64,000 nucleotides of DNA from an uncultured Dehalococcoidia bacterium. Lineage in GTDB: Bacteria > Chloroflexota > Dehalococcoidia > Dehalococcoidales > Fen-1064. The stretch lies in contig CAIWXV010000128.1 of the NCBI GenBank assembly GCA_903916765.1, positions 18-64,017 of the forward strand, given 5' to 3'. The translations under genes were made by a program, and so were the position numbers. The notes beneath the pieces were generated by a model that saw only the letters and a list, made by a program, of their open reading frames with translations, made no database searches and was not told the origin of the DNA. The first letter of the stretch is position 1, and each line of letters starts with the position of its first letter. Of this stretch, positions 49,186 to 59,145 are shown piece after piece.

Positions 49186-49722
49186 TTAGTTATTACCCTC
49201 CAATTGTTTAATTCTTCCTTGTAGTACGTTTTGTAGTCCTCTCATAGGACCGCATAGAACACCTGCCAGCATATAAAGCGGGCTCTTGATAGTACCGACG
49301 ACCTTGGCTACCAGAACCTCTTTGGATGGTAGTGTGGCAAGAGTGCTTACGTTTTCTGCCGTTAATACACGATCGCTCAGAAAACCGCCCTTGACTCTAA
49401 GATTAAGTTTGGATGTGCGAACGTGGTCGCTGAAGGTCTTTGCCAGTTGTGAGATATCTCCGTACCCGAAAGCAACTGCGGTAGGGCCTTCAAAAGAACC
49501 GACAATACCCGTCCGTTCGAGTCTTTCTGCTGCTTTCAGGACAAGGGTATTTTTGACGATCTTGTAATCTCCACCGGCATCCTGAAGTTTGCGGCGTAAA
49601 GCATTTATCTCAGGAGTTTTCAATCCGCGGTAATCGGTTAAAATGCCGATATTGGCTTTGGAGATTTCTTGCTCCAGTTTATCGATGCTTTTTGCCTTTT
49701 TCTCCGTTGGCATCCTTTTCAC
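49186..49722 (-). CDS. rplJ: 50S ribosomal protein L10
   Basis: 178 aa, positioned directly upstream of rplL, with typical L10 N-terminal sequence. Confidence 0.93.
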   Translation of the reverse strand: MKRMPTEKKAKSIDKLEQEISKANIGILTDYRGLKTPEINALRRKLQDAGGDYKIVKNTLVLKAAERLERTGIVGSFEGPTAVAFGYGDISQLAKTFSDHVRTSKLNLRVKGGFLSDRVLTAENVSTLATLPSKEVLVAKVVGTIKSPLYMLAGVLCGPMRGLQNVLQGRIKQLEGNN

Positions 49723-49751
49723 CTCCTTATCCGATGCAATTTATACCAATC

Positions 49752-49787
49752 AAAAAAAGAATCCTTGTGCACTACACAAGGATTCTT
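49752..49787 (-). terminator. intrinsic terminator/attenuator inside the rplJ leader
   Basis: On the minus strand, a 13-bp perfect stem aagaatccttgtg-tagtg-cacaaggattctt is followed by tttttg. It lies 30 nt upstream of the rplJ start. Confidence 0.55.
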
Positions 49788-49935
49788 AAAAAATCAGTTC
49801 GTATCCTCACCATCGTAAAAGATGAGGGATAGATATTTTGTTCCTCGGCAGGCATTACATTAATCCCGATAAAATCGGGAACCTACTGTCTCAGGATATT
49901 CAATTGTTAATGCTAAATTTAATAATAAGCCATAT

Positions 49936-50646
49936 TTAGCTTGAAGTCAATGCGAGCGTCGGTTTCAGGTCGAGCTTGACACTGGGTCCCATTGTAGTTG
50001 TCAGGAAAGCAGAGCGGACATATTGACCTTTTGCACCGCTGGGTCTAGCCTTGACGATAGCTTCTATGATAGAGGCTAAGTTCCCCATCAGTTTTTCCGG
50101 TTCGAAGCTGGCTTTACCGACTACCACATGGATGATAGCTGTTCTGTCCAGTTTGAACTCCACGCGTCCTTTGCGCGCATCCTGTAATACTCTGGGCAGA
50201 TCGTTTGGATTGACGACGGTACCTGACTTGGGGTTAGGCATTAAGCCTTTTCTGCCAAGTACCTTACCCAATTTACCAACCTTGCTCATCATATCCGGTG
50301 TGGCAATAGCGACATCGAACTCGGTCCAACCCTCTTCAATCTTTTTGACCAGTTCATCAGCTCCAACAAAATCAGCGCCACCGGCTTCAGCGGTTTTAGC
50401 AGCTTCACCTTGAGCGAAGACGAGAACTTTAACCTGTTTTCCCAGTCCGAAGGGTAAAAGGGCGATGCCACGTACCTGGTGTGCGGAATTACGCGGGTCG
50501 AGCCCCATTCTCAAATGAAGTTCGACTGTTTCATCGAACTTGACGGTTGCCCCTTTTTTTGCTATTGCGATAGCTTCTTCAGGGGTATACTCTTTTGTTT
50601 TGTCCACTAGCTTGGCTGTTTCTGCGTATCTTTTTCCAATTTTCAT
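49936..50646 (-). CDS. rplA: 50S ribosomal protein L1
   Basis: 236 aa with the typical L1 sequence. ATGA overlap with rplK. Confidence 0.95.
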   Translation of the reverse strand: MKIGKRYAETAKLVDKTKEYTPEEAIAIAKKGATVKFDETVELHLRMGLDPRNSAHQVRGIALLPFGLGKQVKVLVFAQGEAAKTAEAGGADFVGADELVKKIEEGWTEFDVAIATPDMMSKVGKLGKVLGRKGLMPNPKSGTVVNPNDLPRVLQDARKGRVEFKLDRTAIIHVVVGKASFEPEKLMGNLASIIEAIVKARPSGAKGQYVRSAFLTTTMGPSVKLDLKPTLALTSS

Positions 50647-51071
50647 TTTTGCTCTATCTCGATTCCCATACTTCGGGCAGTACCCGCGACGATTCTTTCT
50701 GCGGCTTCAATGCTTCTGGCATTGAGGTCTTTAGATTTTAGTTTGGCAATTTCATTGAGTTGTTTACGCGACAGAACTCCGACTTTATCACGTCCGGTGG
50801 TGCCGCAGCCTTTAGGAATATTCAGGGCTTTCTTCAACAAATCCGGGGTAGGGGGTGTCTTGGTAACGAAGGTAAACGAGCGGTCTTCGAAAACGGTGAT
50901 TTCTACCGGAATGATAGAACCTGCCATAGAGGAAGTGCGCTCGTTATATTCCTTGCAGAAGCCCATAATATTAATGCCGTGTTGACCCAGTGCCGGACCA
51001 ACCGGAGGCGCCGGATTTGCCTTACCAGCCGGAATCTGTAATTTGATGATGGCAATTACTTTCTTCGCCAC
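50643..51071 (-). CDS. rplK: 50S ribosomal protein L11
   Basis: [23 protein letters not shown] motif. Confidence 0.96.
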   Translation of the reverse strand: MAKKVIAIIKLQIPAGKANPAPPVGPALGQHGINIMGFCKEYNERTSSMAGSIIPVEITVFEDRSFTFVTKTPPTPDLLKKALNIPKGCGTTGRDKVGVLSRKQLNEIAKLKSKDLNARSIEAAERIVAGTARSMGIEIEQK

Positions 51072-51093
51072 ATTTGTCTCCTATATGCAATAA

Positions 51094-51639
51094 CTAAAGT
51101 TTTTCCACCTGCAAGAAGTCCAGCTCGACGGGTGTTTCTCGTCCGAAGAGAGAGAGTAACACTTTAACCTTGCCTTTTTCCATGCCTACTTCATCGACAA
51201 TGCCTACAAAATCGGTGAAAGGTCCATCGGTAACACGGACGCTCTGTCCTTCTTTAAAGCCGACCTTGATTCTAGGAGTTTCGGACTTCATTTGTCTTAG
51301 AATCTTCTGTATTTCTTCTTCCTGCAGGGGGCTTGGTTTTCCACCACTGCTGACAAAACCGGTTACGGCGGGCGTATTGCGTACGATATTCCAGCTACGG
51401 TCGCTCATCTTCATTTCGACGATAACGTAGCCGGGCAGTATCTTTTTGGCAATAGTGTGCTTTTGCCCGTTTTTGATTTCTATCTCTTCCTCCGTAGGTA
51501 TAAGTACCTGGAAGATTTCGTCACCGGAATCCATGGATTTAATACGTTGTTCCAGATTCTTTTTGACTCTCTCTTCGTATCCGGAGTAAGTATGAATTAC
51601 AAACCAGTTTTTATCGATTTCGCCCACAAATAACCTCAT
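51094..51639 (-). CDS. nusG: transcription elongation factor NusG
   Basis: NGN domain (WFVIHTYSGYE) and KOW motif. The exact start is uncertain. Confidence 0.92.
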   Translation of the reverse strand: MRLFVGEIDKNWFVIHTYSGYEERVKKNLEQRIKSMDSGDEIFQVLIPTEEEIEIKNGQKHTIAKKILPGYVIVEMKMSDRSWNIVRNTPAVTGFVSSGGKPSPLQEEEIQKILRQMKSETPRIKVGFKEGQSVRVTDGPFTDFVGIVDEVGMEKGKVKVLLSLFGRETPVELDFLQVEKL

Positions 51640-51678
51640 TCAAAATCAGGGTTAAGGGAAGCATTGTCTCTGGGATTC

Positions 51679-51918
51679 CTAAGCACCCGAGGCAGTGCTT
51701 ATCAGCCATTTGATACACTCACTGAACCCGAAGTCGATACCTCCCAGGATTACTGCAACAACAATAGCAACCAGTAATACTAACCCAGACAGATATGCCA
51801 ATTCACGCCGACTCAGCCACGAAACCTTTTTCATTTCGGCAACGGTTTCGCTGATATAGTTGGCGATGGCATTCTTCCGTTTGGGAGTGGCGGGGGTTAG
51901 TTTATCTGATGACGGCAT
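51679..51918 (-). CDS. secE: preprotein translocase subunit SecE
   Basis: 79 aa with a single C-terminal TM segment and the KKVSWLSRRE motif, positioned between rpmG and nusG. Confidence 0.88.
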   Translation of the reverse strand: MPSSDKLTPATPKRKNAIANYISETVAEMKKVSWLSRRELAYLSGLVLLVAIVVAVILGGIDFGFSECIKWLISTASGA

Positions 51919-51937
51919 TCTAAGTCCCTCTTAAATC

Positions 51938-52102
51938 CTAACGGACTTCCCTGTGGAGTTTCTGTCCGCGACAACGCGGACAGAACTTTCTAAGCTCCAT
52001 TCTCTGGGAATCGCTTCTCTTGTTTTTTTGTGTCGTGTAGTTTCTTTCCTTGCATTCAGTGCAGGCAAGGGTTACTATCACTCTATTTTCACTTTTTGCC
52101 AT
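51938..52102 (-). CDS. rpmG: 50S ribosomal protein L33 (54 aa, not in ORF track)
   Basis: The minus-strand translation is [54 protein letters not shown], with the CxxC...CxxC L33 pattern. Confidence 0.9.
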   Translation of the reverse strand: MAKSENRVIVTLACTECKERNYTTQKNKRSDSQRMELRKFCPRCRGQKLHREVR

Positions 52103-52104
52103 AT

Positions 52105-53313
52105 TTACTCGATTATCTTAGTTATTGTGCCGGCGCCTACCGTTCTACCACCCTCACGAATAGAGAATCGTAGACCCTGCTCCATGGCTACCGGGTAGAT
52201 GAGCTTTATCTTTGCTGTAACGTTATCGCCCGGCATAACCATCTCGACACCTTCGGGTAATTGGAGTTCACCGGTGACGTCAGTGGTTCTGATATAGAAC
52301 TGAGGTTTGTAGCCATTGAAGAATGGGGTATGTCTTCCGCCTTCTTCTTTGCTTAAGACCATAACTTCAGCTTCGGCATAAGTATGCGGTTTGATACTGC
52401 CGGGAGCAGCTAATACCTGCCCTCTTTCAATATCTGCACGCTCAACACCACGGAGTAAAACACCTACTGCATCGCCCGGCTCAGCGTAGTCCAAAATTTT
52501 GTGGAACATTTCCAAGCTGGTGGCGGTAACCTTCTTAATATCATGGTGTAAACCAACGATTTCAACCTCGTCACCAGCTTTGATAACACCACGTTCGACT
52601 CTACCGGTGGGCACTGTGCCACGGCCTTTAATGCTGAAGACGTCTTCAACAGACATCAGGAACGGCTGGTCCTTAGGACGAGCCGGTGTAGGAATATATT
52701 CATCCACGGCATCCATCAATTTAAGGATAGGGCCGCACCACTTGCATTCTCTCTTGCCGCAACCGCATTCCAGAGCTTTGGAAGCAGCGACTCTAATGAT
52801 GGGTACTTTGTCGCCGGGGAAGTTATACTTGGTGAGAAGCTCTCTGAGTTCCATCTCGACAAGCTGGAGTAGTTCTTCATCTTCCATCAGGTCGACTTTA
52901 TTGAGAGCGACGATAATGTAAGGTACGTTCACCTGACGTGCCAGCAGAATGTGTTCTCTTGTCTGTGGCATTGGACCGTCGGGAGCGCTGACGACGAGGA
53001 TAGCACCGTCCATCTGAGCGGCACCGGTAATCATATTCTTGATGTAGTCAGCATGCCCTGGGCAGTCGATATGAGCATAATGCCGCTTGGCTGTCTCATA
53101 TTCGATGTGGGCGATGGCGATGGTCATACCACGTGCTTTCTCTTCCGGCGCATTATCGATTGTATCGAAAGCTCGGTAAGCGACCTTCAGACCAGGTTGC
53201 TTGGATAAAATGAGTGATATCGCTGCTGTAAGAGTCGTCTTGCCGTGGTCGACGTGACCAACGGTACCCACATTAACATGCGGCTTACTTCTATCAAATT
53301 TCTGTTTAGCCAT
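52105..53313 (-). CDS. tuf: elongation factor Tu
   Basis: [30 protein letters not shown] 53313 is preceded by AAGGGGGA. The track ORF extension runs into a tRNA gene and is rejected. Confidence 0.97.
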   Translation of the reverse strand: MAKQKFDRSKPHVNVGTVGHVDHGKTTLTAAISLILSKQPGLKVAYRAFDTIDNAPEEKARGMTIAIAHIEYETAKRHYAHIDCPGHADYIKNMITGAAQMDGAILVVSAPDGPMPQTREHILLARQVNVPYIIVALNKVDLMEDEELLQLVEMELRELLTKYNFPGDKVPIIRVAASKALECGCGKRECKWCGPILKLMDAVDEYIPTPARPKDQPFLMSVEDVFSIKGRGTVPTGRVERGVIKAGDEVEIVGLHHDIKKVTATSLEMFHKILDYAEPGDAVGVLLRGVERADIERGQVLAAPGSIKPHTYAEAEVMVLSKEEGGRHTPFFNGYKPQFYIRTTDVTGELQLPEGVEMVMPGDNVTAKIKLIYPVAMEQGLRFSIREGGRTVGAGTITKIIE

Positions 53314-53333
53314 TAAATCCCCCTTCTTATCTA

Positions 53334-53406
53334 AGCCCACAATCAGATTCGAACTGATGACCCCGTTCTTACCAAGAACGTGCTCTACCAACTGAGCTAT
53401 GTGGGC
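53334..53406 (-). tRNA. tRNA-Thr (anticodon GGU)
   Basis: A 73-nt cloverleaf folded by eye: acceptor gcccaca/tgtgggc, anticodon arm cgttc-ttGGTaa-gaacg, and a TTCGAAT T-loop. No encoded CCA. Confidence 0.9.
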
Positions 53407-53476
53407 ATTATTACTTTATATTACTATACTATTATACAGATTTTCACGGCGAAGTCCAATATTAATTTTGGGAGCG

Positions 53477-53564
53477 TGGTGGAGAGGACAGGGTTCGAAC
53501 CTGTGTAGCCCGTCAGGGCGACAGTTTTACAGACTGTTCCGATTAACCACTCCGGCACCTCTCC
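53477..53564 (-). tRNA. tRNA-Tyr (anticodon GUA), long variable arm, CCA encoded
   Basis: 88 nt: acceptor ggagagg/cctctcc, anticodon arm acagt-ctGTAaa-actgt, and a TTCGAAC T-loop. Confidence 0.9.
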
Positions 53565-53592
53565 ATAGGCAGCCAAATAAAATCTCCGACCA

Positions 53593-53665
53593 AGCCCGAG
53601 AGGGGAGTCGAACCCACTAACCTACCGATTACAAATCGGTTGCGCTGCCATTGCGCTACTCGGGC
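53593..53665 (-). tRNA. tRNA-Thr (anticodon UGU)
   Basis: 73 nt: acceptor gcccgag/ctcgggc, anticodon arm accga-ttTGTaa-tcggt, and a TTCGACT T-loop. My hand fold shows one T-stem mismatch. Confidence 0.8.
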
Positions 53666-53709
53666 ACCCCATCTATTTTTTAAGCTCTGCAAAAACAGAC
53701 AACCTTATT

Positions 53710-53739
53710 ATTATAAGTAACCAGACTGGCAAAAGTCAA
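53710..53739 (-). promoter_or_regulatory. candidate promoter of the tRNA-tuf transcription unit
   Basis: On the minus strand: TTGACT (53739-53734), 18-nt spacer, TATAAT (53715-53710). It lies ~45 nt upstream of the first tRNA. Confidence 0.5.
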
Positions 53740-53974
53740 TTCTAAACATTAATGGTTTGATGTAGTTTGGTAGCCAACGCGACAATCTTCTTTAACATAT
53801 CATTGAAGAAAGAATCTATCGTTTCATCGTGTTACCTTAAGGTTCTATAGGATACGGGTGCGACAAGGTGTGGGTGCACCCATTTGGTGACCTCCGGCGG
53901 CGAGGAAAGACAAGACTTCTCCCTCAGGAATAGCTTCCTTTGTGTAGCCCGGAACTTGAAGCATAACCGTTGCG

Positions 53975-55678
53975 CTAGGACTTAGACTCTTCAGGATAGA
54001 CGTACTTACCACCGCGAACCCAGGAAGCAACGGCCCCGATGAGACACATTATGATACAGAAGACCAGTACCTCAACGAGACCACGGTGGAAAGCGCCGTC
54101 AATAAGTCCTGGGAAGAAAGATCGAGAAGTGATATTGGCCGCCTGTTGAGGTGATAGAGTTTGGAGCACGCTAGCTGGAATCATGGTAGCCAGAGGATTG
54201 TAACCTAGAAATGCGGCAAACAGGTAGCCTACAGGCGGTGCACTAGCCACTTGATGGGCAATTTGGGTAGGTATGCCGTTCTGCACCAGGCCACTAAATA
54301 GGGCGGCTGGCATTGTGGCATTCAATCCGACGATCATAAGCGAAAAGACAATCGCCATGGACAAAGGATTACCCACGTTCATGAGCGTTGCCCTCATGCC
54401 GGAACCTGCTCCACGATGTTGAGGGGGAAGGCTGTTCATGATCGCTGAAGTGTTGGGGGCCATGAACATGCCCATGGATACTCCGTCGAGAAAGATTATC
54501 GTTGCGAATAGTGGATATTTAAAGTTCACCGGTAGTATCAAGAGAAGTGCGAAGCCAACTGCCGTAAGAATCATGGCGATGGTTGCAAAATAACGTGCTC
54601 CATAGCGGTCGGCTAACCGTCCTGATAGCGGTCCAAGTAAAAGTATTCCTATACTGGAAGGTATCATAAATATACCTGCCCAGAGAGGCGTTACCGCGAA
54701 ATCATAGCCGTGAAGGGGCAACCAAATACCTTGCAGCCAAATCGTGAGCATAAGCATAAATCCGCCACGGGCTAAAGATGACATGAACCCGGCCAAATTT
54801 CCAAGAGCGAAAGCACGGATGCGGAACAAATCGAGTCGGAACATCGGCGCTTTTACACGTTGTTCAATAAGGACAAAGGCTACCAGAAGAACTATACCGC
54901 CACCGAACATGCTTAACACGAAGGGAGTTAACCAACTCATAGATGAATGGGCGCTGGGATTGATGCCATAAATAGCGCCTATCAGGATCATAGTCAAGCC
55001 AGAGGCAAAAGTAAGGTTACCTAACCAGTCCATGGGCTCCTTCTTTCGGATGCCTAACTCGCGGAGGGAACGGTATGCCCAGATAGTTCCTGCGAGCCCG
55101 ATAGGTACATTGAAAAGAAATACCCATCGCCAACCTACTTGGGACAAAAGTCCACCAACCAGGATGCCTAAAAAAGAGCCGGCGATGCCAGCTATTTGGT
55201 TTAGACCCATCGCCATACCGCGCTGGTTTTCTGGGAAGGCATCAGTGAGAATGGCTGTCGAGTTAGCAAATAAGAAAGCTCCGCCAATTCCTTGTACGAC
55301 GCGAAAGAGAATCAACTCAATAGCCCCGGCTGGCCCAGTGCTCCAGGTGATGGCGCACAAAAGTGAACCTAGGGTAAATATGGCAAAACCAAGAACGTAC
55401 ATGCGGGTTCGTCCAAACATGTCTCCCAAACGACCACAAGCTACGACAAAGACCGCAGTTACCAGCATATACCCCATCAGCAACCACAGTAGGTAGTCTG
55501 AGCTGTTTGGGGCCAGCGGGTTAATACCAATACCCCTGAAAATTACTGGTAGTGCCAGTAGCACAGTCGACATGTTGACGAAAGCCAACAACATCGAAAG
55601 AGTCGTGTTGGAGAGGGCAATCCACTTGTAATCCAGCTTACCACGAGGCGAGCTGGTACTTTTTGAAATATCTTGCAT
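53975..55678 (-). CDS. MFS transporter, DHA2/EmrB-like (about 14 TM segments)
   Basis: 567 aa with the MFS motif GRLGDMFGR and many hydrophobic segments. Confidence 0.85.
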   Translation of the reverse strand: MQDISKSTSSPRGKLDYKWIALSNTTLSMLLAFVNMSTVLLALPVIFRGIGINPLAPNSSDYLLWLLMGYMLVTAVFVVACGRLGDMFGRTRMYVLGFAIFTLGSLLCAITWSTGPAGAIELILFRVVQGIGGAFLFANSTAILTDAFPENQRGMAMGLNQIAGIAGSFLGILVGGLLSQVGWRWVFLFNVPIGLAGTIWAYRSLRELGIRKKEPMDWLGNLTFASGLTMILIGAIYGINPSAHSSMSWLTPFVLSMFGGGIVLLVAFVLIEQRVKAPMFRLDLFRIRAFALGNLAGFMSSLARGGFMLMLTIWLQGIWLPLHGYDFAVTPLWAGIFMIPSSIGILLLGPLSGRLADRYGARYFATIAMILTAVGFALLLILPVNFKYPLFATIIFLDGVSMGMFMAPNTSAIMNSLPPQHRGAGSGMRATLMNVGNPLSMAIVFSLMIVGLNATMPAALFSGLVQNGIPTQIAHQVASAPPVGYLFAAFLGYNPLATMIPASVLQTLSPQQAANITSRSFFPGLIDGAFHRGLVEVLVFCIIMCLIGAVASWVRGGKYVYPEESKS

Positions 55679-55838
55679 TTTAAGGGGAAGAATTCCCTGA
55701 CCTTTCTATTGCATCACGCTATTTCCGATTACGTAAATCCACCTAATATCAAGAACGGTGGACCATGGCCACCACTTCACCTAACCATTATAGAGCAATC
55801 TAATACCCGTACGCAACGACATGTACTCGTTCGGTAGA

Positions 55839-56639
55839 TTAGTGACACCTTACCTCCTTATTATTATGTTCCAAGAATTGTTGAGGGGTAAGGTAATTAA
55901 GGGATTGATGAGGGCGAAAGGTGTTACATATGTTCTCCCATTCTAGCAGCTTGGTCCTAATATCTCCCAATTCAAAATCACTATCGGTCACTTCATAGAA
56001 CTCTTCGGTATGGGTCCTGTTAGCGCGTTCTACCCCACCGTTCAGTTTAGGGGAACGTGGCGGGAGAACAAAGAGTTTGATACCGCGTCTTTGGCATTCC
56101 TCCTCGAAAACAGATTGAAACTCACTACCCCCATCAATCTGAATGGCTCGAATCTTGTTTGGCGAACGCGCTTCCATGTCATTCAGGAAGTGCTTGGCAG
56201 TAGTTGCCGTAGTCTGGCTGAAGATACCCAGCACATTCCATCTGGAAACCACGTCGTAAGACGAAAAGTGTTTGAGTATGACTCCGGGTAAGGGTCTGAC
56301 ATCCAACGTATCCAACTCCACCGGGTCACCGGGGACAGCGATGGGATGCCGTTTCTGGACAGAAATATAATTCGGTATCGCCTCGTGCAAAACACCTCTG
56401 GCCTTAAGATACAAGAGTATCCGGCCGACCATCGAGGCCGAGACATATATATTCTCCCGCCGCAGTAATACCGCCAATTTCTCCTTTCCCCACCGGGGAT
56501 AGGCCTCACGCAGTCTGAGGACGGCATTGACCAGTGATGGGTACAAATGTTTGATGCCGCTTGCCTTTTCGATAAATTGTACATCATGATTATGATTTGA
56601 AGAGCAATTTGAATTGGAAAGGAATAGCCGGTGTGTCAC
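55839..56639 (-). mobile_element. IS481-like transposase (rve/DDE core) lacking the N-terminal HTH region; IS remnant
   Basis: Candidate DDE residues (VELDTLDV, IQIDGGSEF, NGGVERANRT) and the RPHQSLNYLTP tail. It is only 266 aa, the N-terminus is not family-like, and no terminal inverted repeats were found. Confidence 0.7.
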
Positions 56640-56995
56640 AGTCTCTCGTTATTAAGCTTTAGCCATTGTATTCGTTTTTATAACCGTAATAATATATAAT
56701 AATTCTTCGATGCAACTATATCACTGACGAGGATAATAAAACGTCTGATAATACTGAATCACCACAGAACAGTGAGAAAAAACAGACCCATGAGAAGAAA
56801 CTTAACCCAGAACTTACCACTCTCGAGTCGAGAAAAGGTAGATATCCTGGGGATGATTATATACGGGTAAAAAGACCTCATCTTTTCCGCAGGGTTAGAG
56901 CGGGTTATTTTATCGCCACACCCGGATCCGATGTTCCGGCGGATCCATTACAACGAGCCTACCGTCAATTCAAGCGCATTATCATCGGACGACCT

Positions 56996-58822
56996 TTGCT
57001 AACTGCGGAGGAAGTCTATCAGCGATTGACCAAGGTAAAAGCCCTCGCTGTTTTCGGGTCGGACGCTATTTCATCGAGTGCTTACGCTACAGAAGCAGCC
57101 ATTGTAATACTAATAGCATCAGGTAGTGCCGCCATCGGCGTTTCATTTTACATAGCAATTGCCATAGCTATACTGCTTTCGATGGTCGCCTTCTCTTATC
57201 GCCAAACAGTGCACACCTACCCACAAGGCGGAGGTACCTATAGTGTCAGCCGTGAAAACCTGGGACAACTTCCAGGGCTGATAGCCGCAGCGGCACTCAT
57301 GATTGATTATATTCTTACGGTAGCTGTCTCAATTGTTGCTGGAGCGATGGCTATTACCTCAGCGTTATCTGTCTCCGGGTTAAACCCCCGGTTTGATGCT
57401 ATGGGCAATGCCCTACCAGTTTCACCCGGTTTGACAGTTGTTATCAGCCTAATTTTCATCGGGATATTAACAGTGGTGAACCTGCGTGGTATACGTGAGT
57501 CCGGGACGATATTTTCATTACCTACATACCTCTTCATTTTTGGTATGGTCGCCATGATAGGCATAGGGCTAGTCAAGTCATTCACTGGCACGCTTCACCC
57601 CGCAACTCCACCACCCATTTTGTCAGCTACCGAACCACTCACGTTATGGCTAGTCCTGCGGGCGTTCTCCGCTGGTTCGGTGGCGATGAGCGGCACCGAA
57701 GCGATTTCAAATGGGGTACCCTCTTTCAAACCACCTGAGTCGAAAAACGCTGCAACGACTTTAACAGTAATGGCAACCCTGCTCGGTGTTTTCTTTCTGG
57801 GCATCTCATATCTGGCAAGACAAATGGCTCTCGTACCCGGTAATGAGACAATTATCTCCCAGATTGCAGTCAGTGTCTTCGGTAAGAATATTTTCTACTA
57901 CACCTTCCAGATCGCAACGATGGGCATTCTTATCATAGCAGGTAACACGGCTTTTGCAGATTTTCCCCGTCTGTCTTCTGTACTGGCGCGTGATGGTTAC
58001 ATGCCGCACCAGTTTACATACCGCGGCGATAGACTGGCGTTTACCACCGGCATTGTCGCGCTAGGTGCAATCGCTGCCGCACTGGTTTTACTGTTCAAGG
58101 GCAATGTAAATAATTTGATTCATCTGTACGCAATCGGTGTCTTTCTAGCATTCAGTATGTCAAGTACAGGGATGACGGTTCATTGGTGGCGGACGAGAGG
58201 TAAGGGATGGAAAGTCCGTATTTTTATCAACGGTCTGGCAGCTATACTCACCACCAGTACACTGATAATTGTAGCGGTGACCAAGTTTGCACTGGGTGGT
58301 TGGATTATCATCGTCATGGTCCCCTGTTTCGTAGCGGCTTTTCTCCTTATTCACCGACATTATGACAATGTCGCTGAGCAATTAAGAATCTCTCCCGACC
58401 AACTCCCACAGCAGACTATCAAAGAGTTTGCGATACTGCCAATCGATGATGTCAATGCGGCGTCACTCAGAGCTATGGCTTTTGCACGGACTATCTCTTC
58501 TGAAATTGTGGTAATAAATATTTCCATTGATGCAGAGCGTGCCGCTAAAATTAAGGCTAAGATGGAGAGATACGCACCCGATTTAAAACTCATTGTTATC
58601 GAATCACCGACACGTGCTTTTGTGCAACCCCTTATGAACTATGTTGAGGCAGTACATGAACAGATGCCAAACACTTTTGTAACGATCATTCTGCCAGAAT
58701 TCATCACTGCAAATTGGTGGGAAAGATACCTGCACAACCGAACCGCAGAAGGTCTACGTCGCGCTTTCGAAAAGCATGCCAACGTAACATTGGTAATGGT
58801 GCCTTATCTACTCACGAAATAG
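56996..58822 (+). CDS. APC-superfamily amino acid/cation permease with C-terminal cytoplasmic domain; 5-prime end apparently damaged
   Basis: Contains KALAVFGSDAISSSAYATE and ~12 TM segments. The conserved-looking FKRIIIGRPL lies upstream of the only available start (TTG 56996), in an open frame from 56693 that has no ATG, GTG or TTG. Confidence 0.75.
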   Translation: MLTAEEVYQRLTKVKALAVFGSDAISSSAYATEAAIVILIASGSAAIGVSFYIAIAIAILLSMVAFSYRQTVHTYPQGGGTYSVSRENLGQLPGLIAAAALMIDYILTVAVSIVAGAMAITSALSVSGLNPRFDAMGNALPVSPGLTVVISLIFIGILTVVNLRGIRESGTIFSLPTYLFIFGMVAMIGIGLVKSFTGTLHPATPPPILSATEPLTLWLVLRAFSAGSVAMSGTEAISNGVPSFKPPESKNAATTLTVMATLLGVFFLGISYLARQMALVPGNETIISQIAVSVFGKNIFYYTFQIATMGILIIAGNTAFADFPRLSSVLARDGYMPHQFTYRGDRLAFTTGIVALGAIAAALVLLFKGNVNNLIHLYAIGVFLAFSMSSTGMTVHWWRTRGKGWKVRIFINGLAAILTTSTLIIVAVTKFALGGWIIIVMVPCFVAAFLLIHRHYDNVAEQLRISPDQLPQQTIKEFAILPIDDVNAASLRAMAFARTISSEIVVINISIDAERAAKIKAKMERYAPDLKLIVIESPTRAFVQPLMNYVEAVHEQMPNTFVTIILPEFITANWWERYLHNRTAEGLRRAFEKHANVTLVMVPYLLTK

Positions 58823-59145
58823 GGAGATTGGATGCCAGAGTCTAGGCTGCATCCAGTATTCAAGTATTTTTGAACGTAGTCTATTATTGGCACGTCGACG
58901 AAGATATAAGAATCTCCTTTTCCTGAGTCCGTCAGATACGCCTACACCTATTTTGACTTGAAAGTTACTGCTACTCCGGAAGGTGTAGACATCAAAGGTT
59001 ACCTACCACTGGATAAGCATCGGGATGACAGTTAAGTACTGCGTAGATTTGACTAGTGATACTTGCTGAGAATATATTACACTTGCATTGGTGAAAAATA
59101 GTAATATTAAAGCAAAGCCACACGTTATAAGAGAGGAGTTCAAGT

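Noticed and set aside
51953-52198. 81-aa plus-strand ORF
   Set aside because: It lies antisense to rpmG (51938-52102) and the tuf 3-prime end. The minus-strand reading gives a textbook L33 sequence.
53314-53391. 26-codon N-terminal extension of the EF-Tu ORF in the track (start 53391)
   Set aside because: The extension overlaps tRNA-Thr (53334-53406) and has no family similarity. The canonical MAKQKF start at 53313 has an AAGGGGGA RBS.
58823-59145. M-box (Mg2+) riboswitch or small ORFs upstream of corA, and the 89-aa minus-strand ORF 58992-59261
   Set aside because: No M-box-like conserved segments were recognised by eye. The minus-strand ORF overlaps the corA start, is hydrophobic and low-complexity, and lacks an RBS.
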